The position numbers and the translations under genes were made by a program. From NCBI RefSeq assembly GCF_009834535.1, contig NC_045696.1, positions 54,500,001 through 54,564,000 on the forward strand: 64,000 nt of DNA. Direction: 5' to 3'. Of this stretch, positions 1 through 13,368 are shown one piece after another. The notes under the pieces were generated by a model, which saw only the letters and a list, made by a program, of their open reading frames with translations, was not told the DNA's origin and made no database searches. The first letter of the stretch is position 1, and each line of letters starts with the position of its first letter. The DNA is from Camelus ferus (lineage: Eukaryota).

Positions 1-329
1 CATACAATATTTATTAGGTCTGTGGAGAAACTATAGAATTTCTAAGATTTTAAAAGGAAGAAGTCAGTACATTTTTCTACATAAAATCAAACTTCTAAGA
101 AAGAAAAATTATAATATAAAATGGAAGAGAGGAAATTAACAGAAAAGTTTAAATTGTTAAAACTTATATTACATAAATGTACCATTTATATAAATAAAAT
201 AAAGTTATCAATAGGTAAACAAACAGAGGCTAAGAGGAAAAAATTCATTTATATAAGAAGAGTTACAATTGAATTATTGGAAATGATGAACCTGACATCT
301 CAAACAGACGTCCATACTAAACTATCAGT

Positions 330-880
330 TGATATTAATGATAGGATGACAAATACATGAAGATAACAGCTCAATTATAGAAAGCAATCTTCAATAAAGC
401 ATACTCATGATATGCTGCTGACAAGCTGGTAAAAACCTTTAGAAGATGATTTAGCTTTATAATTTAGGTGTTGTAAAACTCTTCAAACCCTTCAAGTTAT
501 CTGACATCCAGAAACTCATCCTACATAAAGGATATTGAGATAAATATATAAATATCAATATACTTACAAGGGAGGTTTTTGTATTGGTATTCATAGAAAA
601 GACAAAGAGAAAAAATAGACATGTCTATCAAGGGGGATGGATTAAGTAAATTGTAAGCACATATACCCGACTGAAAGAGTATTTATGGAGAATAAGTAAG
701 TATGTGGGGAAATGCTTATGATTTAATGTTAACCAAAAATGCAGAGAGGAAAATAAATACGTCTTGGAAGAAGATACAGAAAAAGAAGAGTCCATTTCTT
801 AAAATGATAGGATTCTTATGATTATTTCCCATTTTAACATTTGTGTCGCTGTGACAATTTTATACGAGTGAAAAATGCAT
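330..880 (+). mobile_element. Old L1 (L1M/L1ME-type) ORF2-end and 3' UTR fragment
   Basis: Degenerate match to the L1 3' motif, e.g. 'catgtctatcaagggggatggattaagtaaattgtaagcacat' vs 'aaatgtccatcaataggggactggttaaataaattatggtacat'; A-rich. Boundaries approximate. Confidence 0.55.
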
Positions 881-1357
881 ATGAAGTTTTCATTAGGGGA
901 GGTTTTACTGTAATTAAAACCTTGTTGAAAATGTCCTCAGTGTTCTGGTGTTGCTTGTGACACAGGAGGGCAAAGTTCCTGGCTTTTTATAGCCAAAATT
1001 GGTAGTACAGTGGTAGAGATATTTGATGTGGGCTATTGTTCATGAAGTAATAAATTGTTCTTTGCTGGACCAATTGCTATCCCTAAACCTCCTGACTACT
1101 TTAATTTATAGTGAGTGGAATAGATAACAATTTCTCTGCAGAGAGCACGCAATCAGGTACTTTCAATGTAAGAAAGAAAAGGCAATTTTATTGGTCTTGC
1201 TAAGGTATTCATCACCCAAAGTCTGTTATAATTCTAAGCTATCCACTGAGTAGACACAGCATCTTCAAAAGACAGCATGTGTTGTTTGAAACAGGTTTTT
1301 ATTCATGGAAGTTAGAGAACATTTGCCATGTCTTATTTCTGGGACAGAATGAACCAC

Positions 1358-1570
1358 AGTAATAGTTAACATTTATTGAGCATTTAATGTAGGTCAGCCT
1401 CTGTGATAAATAATATAGTGAATATAAAGTGTTTACCAGTCAGCGTTTCTCCATCTTACAGGTGAGGAAATTGAGGCACAGAGGAACTAAGCTATACAGC
1501 TTTAAAGAAAGAACCGGGAATCCTTTTAGTCTTGTATCTTCACAGCTAATACTCTGTAAAGTACTATGCT
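1358..1570 (-). mobile_element. MIR SINE
   Basis: 'agttaacatttattgagcattta' and the core 'ccatcttacaggtgaggaaattgaggcacagag' match the reverse complement of MIR. Confidence 0.8.
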
Positions 1571-1799
1571 CTTCTTCTCCAATATGGTTTTATTTGAAAT
1601 AATATGGTGTAGCTTATCTATGATCCATAAAGTTTAGGTCTGACTCATAAAATGGCTAATTTTTCTTTTGTGGACACTTCTAGGGGACATAATTGAATTA
1701 TATCTTCCCTCACTAGTGTACTACAGAATATCAACAATCTTAGCCTCTGTGGTGCATTTCTGACTGTATCAACTTCCAAGTGCCTCTTGGTCTAAACAG

Positions 1800-2260
1800 C
1801 ATCAGTAGGATGGTGGAAAGTATCCTGAGGCTTAATACCCTCTCCCAACACTGATTGAATGTGTACTCATAGGGAGGACAAACCCTTTATAACTCAGTTT
1901 CTTTATTTGTAAGATGGGACAATGACAACACAAAATTGTACATTTATAGTGAGGATTAAATAAGATAATAGAGTTGACCCCTGAACAATGCAGGAGTTAG
2001 GGGTGCCCACCCTCTGCCCAGCTAAAAATCCTCACTGAAGCTTATAGTCAGCCCTCCATATCCATGGCCCCTCTATATCTACACTTTGCATCTATGGATT
2101 CAACCAACCATAGATCACAGAGTACTACGGTAGTATTTGTGGGAAGATAATCCACATTATAAGTGAACCCATGCAGCTCAAATACATGTTGTTCAAGGGT
2201 CAACTGTATGTGTAAAGTGCCTAGTTTAGTGTCTGCACATAGTTGCCACTATCTAATGAA
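1800..2260 (+). mobile_element. MIR SINE split by a Tigger2-family MITE
   Basis: 'ctcagtttctttatttgtaagatggg...gtgaggattaaataagataata' stops at 1970 and resumes as 'tgtgtaaagtgcctag' after 2208. Confidence 0.75.
1971..2206. mobile_element. Tigger2-family (TcMar) non-autonomous DNA transposon
   Basis: Terminal inverted repeats 'gagttgacccctgaacaa' and 'ttgttcaagggtcaactg', flanked by TA at 1969-1970 and 2207-2208. Confidence 0.9.
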
Positions 2261-2271
2261 AAATTTTTCAC

Positions 2272-2400
2272 TGTCTATTTGTTTAACACATACTTATTGA
2301 ATCTTAACTTGTTATGAGCAGGGTGCTGGGAGATGGAGATGTAGCTGCGAACCTGATAAACCAGTTCCCTGTCCTGATGGAGCTTATATTCTCTAGCATA
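2272..2400 (-). mobile_element. L2 LINE 3' fragment
   Basis: 'tttaacacatacttattgaat...gttccctgtcctgatggagcttatattct' matches the reverse complement of the L2 3' end. Confidence 0.7.
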
Positions 2401-4294
2401 GGATAAGATTGTAGAAAACAGAAATTATTCTTGGGAATAAAGATGGAAGCACATATGTAATTCACAAATTTACGTGCCTCAATAAACAATTGTTCTGATG
2501 CAAGGGATAGCACTAATAGCTCAATAACAACCACTGGATAATGAGGCAAAATATTTATTGAGACTGGAAGTGTCAACACAGGCATAATCTACTAATATGT
2601 TAATTGTTGATGGACATTTGCTGGTTCATAGAAATTCACCTTGTCACCCACACAAATGTCATTTGTTATAGCTTGCAAATTTCCATACAGGCAGGGATTA
2701 CTTCTAAACCAGACTGCTCAAATCCTTGTAGAGTAATTAATAAATATTCATGATGCTGATATTGCTGCCAATGATGACAAATCTTGTACATTAGAAAGAG
2801 TATTATAAAGATGAGGATATTAATCATGTAAGACAAAGGCATTCTAACATCAGTTCCAATATCCCAGGAGCCTTTAAATACTATAGCATATATCTTCTTT
2901 TCTTTTTGTACTTGTACCTCTGGGAAATATGGAGTCATGCCCCAGTAAATATCTGCATCAGTTTATACTTCAAGTATTTATCTACAAGTCATATATACTT
3001 TTAATACATAACATAGTTTCTGTATAAACTCTTGGAATTGTTATTCTTCACGTCATGGCTACATTAAATCTAGATTTGATTTTCACTTTGGACTCTGCAA
3101 AAAATACTTTAGTTTGAATCTTTTATTTACTCTCATTGTTTTTCCTACCCATACTTGTCCACATCTGAGTACTGAGTACGTACTATGGTCCACATCTGAG
3201 TATGCCATGGCAACATAGTGGTGAGGGAAACAGTTATCATTCCAGTTTTCACAGATTTTCAAGCTCCCAGGGAAGACAAACAATATATAGGCAAACAAAT
3301 GTATAAACTATTGCAAATTATAAACTTCTGTGAGAAATAATCAGGGTGTTGTGATAAAATTTGGCCAGGAGAAGCACTTTGAGGAATTAAAACAATTAAA
3401 TCCTGTGAAAGAAAAATGGATCATGTGAAAAAATATGGGAAAAATTTTAGATGGGAAAAAAGAGCATGTGCAAAAGCCCTAGGGAGAAAAAGAGGCTGAG
3501 TGGGTGTGAAGTTTAGTGGGCAAGGGAGAGAATAAGTGAATGAACACATAAATGAAGGCATGAATTAGTAGTGATTTTTTCAATTGACGCTCCCTGAGTT
3601 ATTCACCTTTCACAAGAGTGGAAGTCACCAGTCTAAGCCTACATCCTCTCAAGGATCGGAAAGTCTAGGAGACCCAAGCTAAGAACCCAAGCTAAGGCAG
3701 TCTCACATCCTCCAGGCTTTCCTCCCATCTCTCCCTCTGCAGGCCCTGCTACATTCTCTTCCTTTCTGGGCATGGATGTCCCCCTTGTTAGACAACCTGT
3801 GATTGACTCATTCCTTCAAAACTGGGCTTAGAGCACTCTTTCCTTGGGGAATCTTCCATGAGGAATCCCATCGTAGTACTGTGGTTCTGTAATTTCATTC
3901 CTCTCAGCATATGTGCACTTTACACGGTGTCTGAATTTAGCTTCACGTCGTTTGTAAGTGTTCATGTGGTTTTTCTGGTTCTAAGGTTTATAACTTTTCC
4001 TAAATTGGAAGGGTTGAAGGAAGTTTTGTTTTGTTTTGTTTTCTTTTTTAAATCTTCCTTGTCCAGTTCAATGGTCAGCACAGAAGGAGAAGTTGTCTTC
4101 CACGTTAACAGCCAATTCCTAGTATTCTTACATTGTACTATATCAATGGACAAATTGATAAATAAATATAAAAATACAGTTAAATATATACAGTGTGTAT
4201 ACATGTGTGTATCTGTGTACTACATGTATAGTGTGTATGTGTATGTGTAAATAAATGTCCCTCAAACATATATATCTACTTTACCCATCTGCTT

Positions 4295-4343
4295 ATCTAT
4301 CATCCATCCACCCCATCCATCCATCCATCCATCTATCCATCCA
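4295..4343. repeat. (CCAT)n microsatellite
   Basis: Imperfect tandem ccat units seen directly. Confidence 0.9.
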
Positions 4344-5647
4344 ACAATTTAGAGACAGATGTAGTGAAACAGGACTACAACAACAATCAACAATTTGGGA
4401 GAATGCCTTATCACAAAGCTTATGGAAGTACATGGAAAGATGTGGTTTGGAGATGCTAATTTTTGTAGTGATTGTTTGCAACTGTTCATGCCTATTGGGA
4501 ATAGGGGTAAAAGGCAGGCGACTTGAGGAAAGGGTGTCAAGCACTATGACTAACAAGCAAACGTAAATGGGTGCATTAGGAGGAAAAACCTGAGAAGGGA
4601 ATGACCTACCTGGGAGATTCTTCTTTCCTACTTGCTAGGGATGGAGAGAAGGTGGGCAGTGCACAAAGTGGTGGGATACAGGGGGGGACAGGAACACGTG
4701 CTGCTGGGATCCCTGCTACCCTTCCTGAAGCCGAGGCTGCAAAGAACGTGGGCGGCAGGGAAGCTGGTACTGTATCTGACCAATCTTGATGCAGCTGAGC
4801 AGAGGACATTTTCTAAAAGTCAAACGCAGTAGACTGCTTCCCAAACAAGTCGCTGATTAATTCAGAAAGAAACAGACTGAAGAACCCTTTTCTGCAGGCC
4901 TTTTTTTCATCAGACCTATTCATTTTGCACAATTCCTTGGACTTGTTTAAAGACAGGAAAGATGTTAAGAACTTTGAATATGTGGACTCTAATTAGAAAC
5001 ACAAATAAATCAGTACTATTTCCACACTGTGTTTTGATACCTGTTAAGATACACCTACCAACTTAGTGCTAGGTAAACACAAAATAAGTTGTGAAGACTA
5101 ATAAGCAAAAACATCACAAAGGATCATTTTAAAAGAAATTTTTTAGAATTTAACATATTTTAGATTATGTGTGTTCTGTCCTGTTAACATTAATTAAAAA
5201 AATTATATATCCACAAATTTCTTTTAAATAGACATTTTGGTGGGTAAAAATGCTTTTTGAGACCCCTGCTGGTGGAGAAGGAGAATTACAGCCAGGTTGC
5301 CATTATTTATCAGAAACTGAATATTTAATTTTCCTTATTAGCCTGTTCATCTAATTCTATGCCACTTCTCAGAAGATGCATCACCATAAGATAAATGTAT
5401 GAAGGTGAATTCTTAAAATATGGTGGCTTGCTACACACAGGGATTTTTATTTTGCTTCAGATTTTTAGGTCTTCTAAATTACATGTCTCATACAATAGAA
5501 AATTACTATTTTGGTTTATTTTTTAAAACTATGAAAAATTACACAACTCTTTAGAAAGAGACACCTAATGTGAGAATAAGGAGAGTTTTCAAACAGAATG
5601 TGGCATTCTAATAAAGAATGAGTAACAATGCTAATTCTATCTGAAAA

Positions 5648-6010
5648 TACATTCATTTCTACAACAATTTTATTGAGAGCACATTCTATGTGAGATACTA
5701 TTCTACGTGTTAGGAATACAGTTGTTTCTATCAGTCAAGTACTGTGCTTTCAAGAATTCACATTCTTTCCGGGGAAAAAGACAAAATTATATAAGGTAAT
5801 TTCAGATTGCTGTGAGTGTGCTAAACGTGACAACATGAGAAGGGGATGGAGTGATTAAAAGGTAACCATACAGGGAGAGTGATTCAGGATTGCTGCACTG
5901 AACAGTAAAAAATTGTGAACTGAAATCTATTTGCGATTAAAAAGAAAAAATGCCTTGTAAAGATTTTAAGTGGACAGAGCAGCAGGTGAAAGATCTGGAA
6001 GGGAAGACAA
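5648..6010 (-). mobile_element. L2 LINE 3' fragment
   Basis: 'cattcatttctacaacaattttattgagagcacattctatgtgagatactattctacgtgttaggaatacag' is the L2 tail in reverse, followed by L2-like body. Confidence 0.7.
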
Positions 6011-6807
6011 AGGATGATTATGTAAAGATGACACATAATGGGAACCAAGTGGGCTCAGCCTCCACTAGGTTTATAAATTGGATCTTTGTCTTCTCCTCTC
6101 TTCAAGGTACCTAGATGTGGTGAAAACATCAGGACAAACAAACCCTGGGAGCAGTTCTAAGGCTGCCTAGGAGAAAACTCAGACAGGTCTCTAAACCTCT
6201 CTTAGGTAGCTGCCCCATCTGCTGAAAACCATACCCACTCAAAAAGTTTTCTTGATAATAAAAACTGACACGGTATGTAAAAAGCCTAAGCTTAATAGGC
6301 ACTCAGTAATTTTTCATCACTCTTTCCTCTGATGCAGGGGTTCTCTGGACCTTAACTTGCTAAACCGTCTCAGCTTAGCTATGAGACGCAGTGAGTAATA
6401 GCATCCCAAGGGCAGGCGGGCCACTAGGTGTGAAGCTGAGTTAGTAAATACCCAAGGGCAAAGATGCCACTGTAGTCTTGTTTGTGAACCGTAGACCTAA
6501 CACAGGGGCTGACGTATAGTGGGGATAAACACTTGTTAAATGAAAATGAGACTTAGAAATAACTAGCTTTAGGTAATCTACGTAAGTACATGGCCCTCAA
6601 GTCATGTGAAAAGAAGATGAAGACTTAATGATCTCAGCAGCTCCCAAACACTCTCATGATCTATGAGACTGTGACCTCATTGCTTTAAGCTGTAGAAACA
6701 ATGGTACGATTAGTTCAGGTACAAACACAAATCCTTAAGAAACGGCTTTTGCTAAAAGGTATTTTATGATGGTTATACAAGGCCTTGGGTACACAGGAAT
6801 ATTAGCT

Positions 6808-6968
6808 CAGTGTTTTCCAAATTCTGGTCCATGATGACTAAGAACAACCTTGAAATAGTTTCATGAATGTAAGTTTTTTTTCAATTAAAGGACATCCTTT
6901 TATTTGAGATTATTGTATCAATTTTCTTTTTGCAAAAACCATACCCAAAGAGGTGTGAGAACTTATGG
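6808..6968. mobile_element. Possible hAT-Charlie MITE remnant
   Basis: Starts 'cagtgttttccaaa' and ends 'gtgtgagaacttatgg', resembling Charlie-type termini; subfamily not assigned. Confidence 0.4.
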
Positions 6969-7809
6969 CACAGTTAATTAAATGAAGAGTGGATCCAAAG
7001 AGGGAGAAATATGGTTTGAGTTTTAAGAGGGCAGAGGTTCAAAGATTAAGGGCAGAGTGAGGCATAGAAGAGAGCAGAAGGGCAACTGCTATAGAAGTTA
7101 CATTATGAATTAACAGGACCCATACAAAACTGACCATGTAAAGACGAGGGCAGAGAAAGCTCCCCTCTTCAGGGAAGCTGAAAAACTGTGAGCATTTGGG
7201 TAACCATGGAGTCATGTCAGACAAGAAAACAGCCTAGGGTTGAGGGAGATGGAGAGAAGGAAAGACTTTATTTCAAAATTGTACATTGCTCCTGAGTCTC
7301 TGACTACAATTCTCAAGATCAAAGTGAGATAAAAATAACACCACAAAAAGTCATTAGTGTAGAGAGAGATGTAAGGGGAAAGGGTGAACACACTGAGAAT
7401 GTCTTGGCTTAGAATTTCTCAGGATTCCTGGTTCTGTACTGATTCGGGTTTAAGCCAAATTTGATACTTCTGTGCTCTCCCAATTCCATTACTATCTTCT
7501 TCTTCAGGCAGCTTGACTGGGTAAATGATAGCTCTCCACACCTTCTCTTCCTTCCTTGTTTTTAAATTGCTTGCTGCACATTCCTTCCAGGTAAATTTAC
7601 TAAGAAAACATTTACGCTCCCTCATCAGATCAACGATTCCATCCTGTCTGCACTTGTGTGATCAGGTTGCACTACAGTATGTCCTACTCAGTGATATATC
7701 ACTAAGTATTCTTAAACCATCTTTGAGTCCTGTATATTCTGAGTGTTTATGGATATGCTCTTTTCATCCACTAGAACACAGTCATCTCTGGTTAAGATTG
7801 CTCTCTCCA

Positions 7810-8260
7810 GCATAGTGTGTCAAGGCTGTATTTCAATCGTAGCTCCACCAATGATCAGGTGTGTGATTGTGGGAAATGATTTAACATATTTGTGCCTCTG
7901 TTTCTTTATCTGTAGGGGATAGTAATATCCTCTGCTTCAGAGAGTTTTTGAGATTAAATATTTAGAAGAGTGGCTAATCTTTTGGTAGTGATCAATAACT
8001 GTTAGCCACTGTTGGTAGGGGGTGATGTTAATATTATGTTCTCTGGAACAATATTCCCTGGGATCGACTCCCAGCTCCATCATTTCTCGGCTGAGACATT
8101 TTAAAGCAAGTTTTACTTGACTTCTGTGTATCTCAGTTGCCTCAATTACAGAAATGAAGATGATTAACCTATTTCACAGGGTTTTAGTGAGGACTAGGAA
8201 AGTGAATTCTATAAAGCCCTTAGAAAATATTCACCATGTATAAAGTGCTCAAGTTACTAC
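7810..8260 (+). mobile_element. Two adjacent MIR SINEs
   Basis: Two MIR cores: 'tgtgcctctgtttctttatctgta' and 'ctgtgtatctcagttgcctcaattacagaaatg...cacagggttttagtgaggact'. Confidence 0.7.
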
Positions 8261-9620
8261 TGTAAATCAAGGAGGTTCTTTGCTTAAACCGGTTTACTTT
8301 CTGAGTTATGGATTTAGGTCAGTTCTCCATCACAAGTAAGTCTGAATTACTTCTCTTTTTCCCTCTTCCATTTCCTTTTTCCTCCCACTCTCTCTCCCTC
8401 TGCTCCCTTATTCACTTTACTCTCTCTTCTTCTCCTCAGTTTTTGTTTTTGTAAATTGAAATAAATGTTCAAACCAGAGGCTCTTCAGAGCTTTTTCAAG
8501 GGAATAAAAGGTAACTACTTTAAGCTGAGAAATAAAACTGATTTCACAGAAAGTACAGTCCTGTGATTCTTTGCTGGAAAAGGCAACATATGTAGCTGTT
8601 TGTCCTGAGATAACTTTGCCCTATCAAAATTGAATCAGAAAGCTGCTGGGGACTTGAAGCAGCACGTCTGCCCTATGCCCCCATGAAAACGCTATGACTA
8701 CATTCTTTTGCAGGAGTCGGGGCACTGGGCTATCTAACTGCTTTGAGTTCTCAAGCACAACTCCTAGCAGTTCATTACATGATGTATTGAGGATCAGTGA
8801 AATTAGCTAAATCATTTGGTGAATGTGAACCACATCATAGTAAGAAAGACAGGCATACATACATTCAGTGTTTTACAATATAATTCTAAAGCTAGAGCTG
8901 ACAGCCCTCTGGAGGAAGAGAGGGACCAAAGACGGATACTACCAGAAGAGAGAATATAGGTCTCAAGAAGAAAGCATTTTCTAATGGACTCATCCAAAGA
9001 AAGAATGGAGACTATCTGGGGAGTGAGGGAGGTATCCAGATACAGGCTGGATACTCGCTAAATGAAGATGCCACATAGGGGTCAACAAGACTTAAATTTG
9101 AGTTTAGATGACCTATAATCCTCACAAATCTGACTTTTTGTTGTCTGATATGCATTTTTGAAGGAAAATCATCCATAATAAATCTTAAACCCAAAGTAGC
9201 CAAATAAAAAGAAAGTCTGAATTGTGGATTTTTTTTTTCCCCCTTAGCCATCTATGTTATTCCTTTCTTTTTCTATTTCCCTTCACATATATGGCCCAGC
9301 TTGGCTATGCAAAAGTAATTTACAATTCGAGCCTTCCAGATTTGAAATGCTACAAGTCCAAGAGAGTAACCAGATTATGAAAACACTTGATTAACTGTGC
9401 AAACCAGCAGTTAAATATTATAGTTTAAAAACTCAAGTAAAAAATACTTCTTTTCCTTCAGGAATAAATAATGAATGTTAAAAATGTGGTGCCTCGCAGA
9501 AGCAAAGCTCCATAATTAATCTATAGAGCCATCTCCACTGTCAGAAGCAGATAGGCCCCAGAGGAACTCCTCCTATAGAATGATGATGGCGTTAGTGCTA
9601 ACAGGCATGATAAGAAAGAC

Positions 9621-10281
9621 TCTGAAAGAAACCTTGTACACTGTTGGTGGCAACGTAAATTGGTGCAGCCACTGTGGAAAACAGTATAGAGGTTTCACAA
9701 AAAACTAAGACTAGAACTACCATATGATCCAGCAATTCCACTCCTGGGTATGTATCTGAAAAACAAAAACACAATAATTCAAAAAGATACATGTGTCCCA
9801 GTGTTCAGAGCAGCCCCATTTAGAAATGCCAAGACATGGAAGCAACCTAAATGTCCATCAACAGATGAATGGATCAAGAAGATGTGGTATACACACACAC
9901 ATCATGGAATACTACTCGTCCATAAAAAGAATGGAATTTTGCCATTTGCAGCAAAGTGGATGGACTTGGAGGACATTATACTAAGTGAAATTAGTCAGAC
10001 AGAGAAAGATAAATACTTTATGATATTGCTTATATGTGGAATCTAAAAAATACAACAAACTAGTGAATATAACATAAAAAAAGACTCAGATACAGAGAAC
10101 AAACTAGTGTTTATCAGTGGGGAGACAATATATGGGTGAGGGAGTGGAAGGTACAAACTACTGGGTGTAAAGTAGGCTCAAGGTTGTACTGCACAACATT
10201 GGGAATATAGCCGATATTTTTGTAATAACTGTAAATGGAAAGTAACTTTTAAAAAAAAGTTTAAAAATTAAAAGTAAAAAG
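9621..10281 (+). mobile_element. 5'-truncated L1 (cetartiodactyl-type): ORF2 C-terminus, 3' UTR and A-rich tail
   Basis: ORF 9750-10046 contains the L1 ORF2 C-terminal motif KTWKQPKCPSTDEWIKKMWY; A-rich tail; 9-bp TSD aagaaagac at 9612-9620 and 10282-10290. Confidence 0.95.
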
Positions 10282-12309
10282 AAGAAAGACCTTGGGAAGT
10301 ATGTGAGAATCATTTCGAATCCTGCCTGGATTCTAAGAATATTACTTGAGCACTTACTATTGACCAGAGAATATTCTGAGTGATTTCTATGAATTCATTT
10401 CTTAATCCTCACAATAAAGAGGTAAAGTGATTTTCCCAAAGTCATGTAATTGCTGATTACACCAATATGAATGGAGGCCATCTAATTGCATTGTGCAACT
10501 ACCTATCAACCCAGACTACCGCTTCTGATAGTCTAACTTGAGGTGTGGTTTAAAAATACACCCTCTTTTGGGGATCAGACACAATACCTGCTATCTGTTC
10601 CTGGTGAGTCATTTATTCACTGCATAAATTTGAGATGCCCTGGCCAGATGACCTCTGGAACACCAGGTTTAACTCTCCATCTCAACTTGAAGGATATTGA
10701 CTAACTGGAGAACATTCAACACATTTTATCAGTGAAGATTAAAGAAAACATATAATCCCTCAAAACAGTCTCAGGTATTAATTACTTCATTAGGGGAAAA
10801 TTCAGTGTGTGTATATGAGTTTATGTATAAGGAATCCTTCAAAAACTCAATTGACTGTGTTTAGATCAGTGTATTCATTTTACAGAAGATGTTTGCATGT
10901 GTAAACACTTTAACAGTGTTCTACCTCAAGAACACAGGACTGAGAATTTCTTTCTCTTCTAATTCTTAATAGCACCACACATCAAACTTCTCCAGATTCA
11001 GGGAGAGCACTTCTACACATGATTATAAGTGTGGTTTCTATGGACTTCCTTCAGTCTCTAATATGAGAGGAAATGTTAAAAGTCATGAAACTAACCAATA
11101 TGTGCATACTACTACGCAGTTTTAAAAGCACTTTTACATTCTTGTTCAAAGATTTTTGTTTATTTTCAGTCTTAAAACTATGAAAACACATATATTCATC
11201 TACCTTACTATCAGTTCTGCTATACCTCCACCCACACCTTGACCTCTAGAAAGCCAGCATAACTGAGAAAAATAAACCTTGTTTGGAAAAGACAGCATAC
11301 TGTAATGCCAAGATGCATTCCCAGCTCATCACATATTTTCCCAAAAACAATCAATACAGGTAGCCTCAGGCAGACAATTTCATCATACATATGCTTTCTG
11401 AAAGCAGATCATTATTACCAGAAACCTTCTTCCTTACTCAAAGAGACAAAGTATGACAGAAACCATATACACATAGTTAGCTCCAGGGGAAACTGTGTAG
11501 TAGGGAAAATGCCTCCTACCTCATTATATAGTTCTCTCTTCTCCTTTCCTTTCCAACAGGAGGATCCCTGCCTTCCCAAAGGTCCCCAGATACCCAGGAC
11601 TTTCATGATCAGAGTCTCTCTCTGTTACCTGACCCAAAGCCCACTTTGAAAATGATTTTATAAACTCATTCCAACAAATGTGTAAATGACCAGCACAGGT
11701 TTTAAGAAGCATCAAAGACTTGTAGTCAAAGGATACAGTACAGAAGGCTACAGATATTTACTAAAGAATAGTATTTGGTGGAAGCATATGAATCCAAATT
11801 CAGCCTCTTTGAAGGTTTCCACATAGAAGAAATAATCAAAAGAGAGGAGATAATGAGGATATATAAATTATCTTGGGTGATACTGGAAATGGGAGTATTT
11901 TTCACATGATCTTTGCTACTCTCCCATTTGGACTGTTTTAGAGGAGAGACAGTTGAAGTGAAACCAGAAGATGCCGGAGATGCATCCAAATTACAGATAC
12001 ATTTTAGCACAGGCCTGCTAAATTACACAATGAAACGAACAGTGCTTCACCCACTGGACACTTGCCAGCATAACAGAATGGTCAGAAATTACATGAAATC
12101 TAGTGCTTGTTGTCATTATTGCCCTGGATACATGGACACAGGCCCTGTCACAGAGCTATTCTGCAAAGGGATACACACCACATCAAGCTGGGAGACCACA
12201 CACAGAACATGTCCCTGAAATACACAAGGCCTCACAGTATCATCATACATCACCAGAGTCGTCACAACACATATTAAGGATATTCTGAGCAATGTTATCA
12301 TACAGGGTC

Positions 12310-12520
12310 AGTGACGTGGTGGATAAGCGAGTGGCCTCGGAGTCACACCAGTGTGGCTCCAAATCAAGCACTGCCACTCCCTAGCTGTACTGTCCACTTC
12401 TTGTGTCACTTCTTTGACTGTGGGTTTCCTCAACTATAAAAATGGAAAATACCAATAGAGTCTTTAGTTTTTTGTGATAGTGAAATGAGATAAGGCATTT
12501 ATATTACCTAACATACAAAC
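12310..12520 (+). mobile_element. MIR SINE
   Basis: 'gtggtggataagcgagtggcctcggagtcacac...ctgccactccctagctgt...gtttcctcaactataaaaatgg'. Confidence 0.75.
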
Positions 12521-12649
12521 CTTAGGAGGAGGTTAAAAATAATAGTGAAATGATTATACTGATAATAAAAATAGTATCAACAAAGTAGATGGGTCAAGAG
12601 GTAAGGAAATTTCAAATCAGTCAATCCTGTGATCAATCTATGTATAGGG

Positions 12650-12855
12650 GTTTATAACACAGACTCAGAAACCAAATATTTTGGACAAATGACTGAAATT
12701 GTCTATGGTTAAGTTTCCTATCTAAAAAAAAGGACACCAATCACAGTACCTAGTTCACACACTTGTGAAGATTTAATAAATTAACTCATGTAAAAAACTT
12801 AGGATGGTGTTTGACACATTCAAACACAAGATAAATGTCAGCTATTATTTATTAC
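12650..12855 (+). mobile_element. MIR SINE
   Basis: 'aagtttcctatctaaaa...tgtgaagatttaataaattaactcatgtaaaa...ataaatgtcagctatta' (MIR core and tail). Confidence 0.7.
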
Positions 12856-13294
12856 TGTCCTTGCCAACAGTGGAGGTGAGAACACGGGAAAAAATGGAGA
12901 TGAATCTCGGTAAGTAAGTCACAGCTCTCTGGAAGAAAGGGGAGAAGTGAATGCTGGAAGCGCCTCATCATTTTCACTCTGGACCCATCCTTTTCCCACT
13001 TACTTACAGGAGACCCGCTGAGATTCCAGGGATCATACCCCAAAGCTGCTTCATTAGGACACAGCAGGTTTGATCGTTACTAAATCACAACTGAATCATT
13101 TCCACTGAGAATCTACGACTGATAATCTAATAACACAACCATGGTTACTTTGGATAATACTTTTGTGAAGAATACCAAATTTGGCAATATAAATGATCTG
13201 TCAGGTGATGGTCCACATTTGCACAGAAATGGTAAAGACACAACCAAAGCAGTGCCTAGAAGAAGCTATGACATCCATATTCCCAGGCTCAGAA

Positions 13295-13368
13295 CATCAT
13301 TACCATCACTACCACCATCACCATCATTATCATTATCAGCATCATCCATCATCACCATCATCATCTTC
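13295..13368. repeat. (CAT/CAC)n trinucleotide microsatellite
   Basis: Imperfect cat/cac/tat triplet run; produces the spurious poly-His and poly-Ser ORFs. Confidence 0.9.

Noticed and set aside
1445..1466. Plus-strand 'ttctccatcttacag|gtgagg' recursive-site-like motif
   Set aside because: It is a variant of the MIR core (ttttacagatgagg). Other AG|GT juxtapositions (~7590 +, ~31481 -, ~34497 -, ~55517 +) have short pyrimidine tracts or weak donors.
6418..6436. CTCF-like motif ggccactaggtgtg
   Set aside because: Lacks the 3' GGC of the core; near matches like this are expected by chance in 64 kb.
9750..10046. 98-aa ORF with a recognisable protein motif
   Set aside because: It is the C-terminus of L1 ORF2 within a truncated L1, not a host gene. 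The same applies to 26598-26891 and the ORFs in L1 3' UTRs (23184-23459, 28136-28460, 29041-29265).
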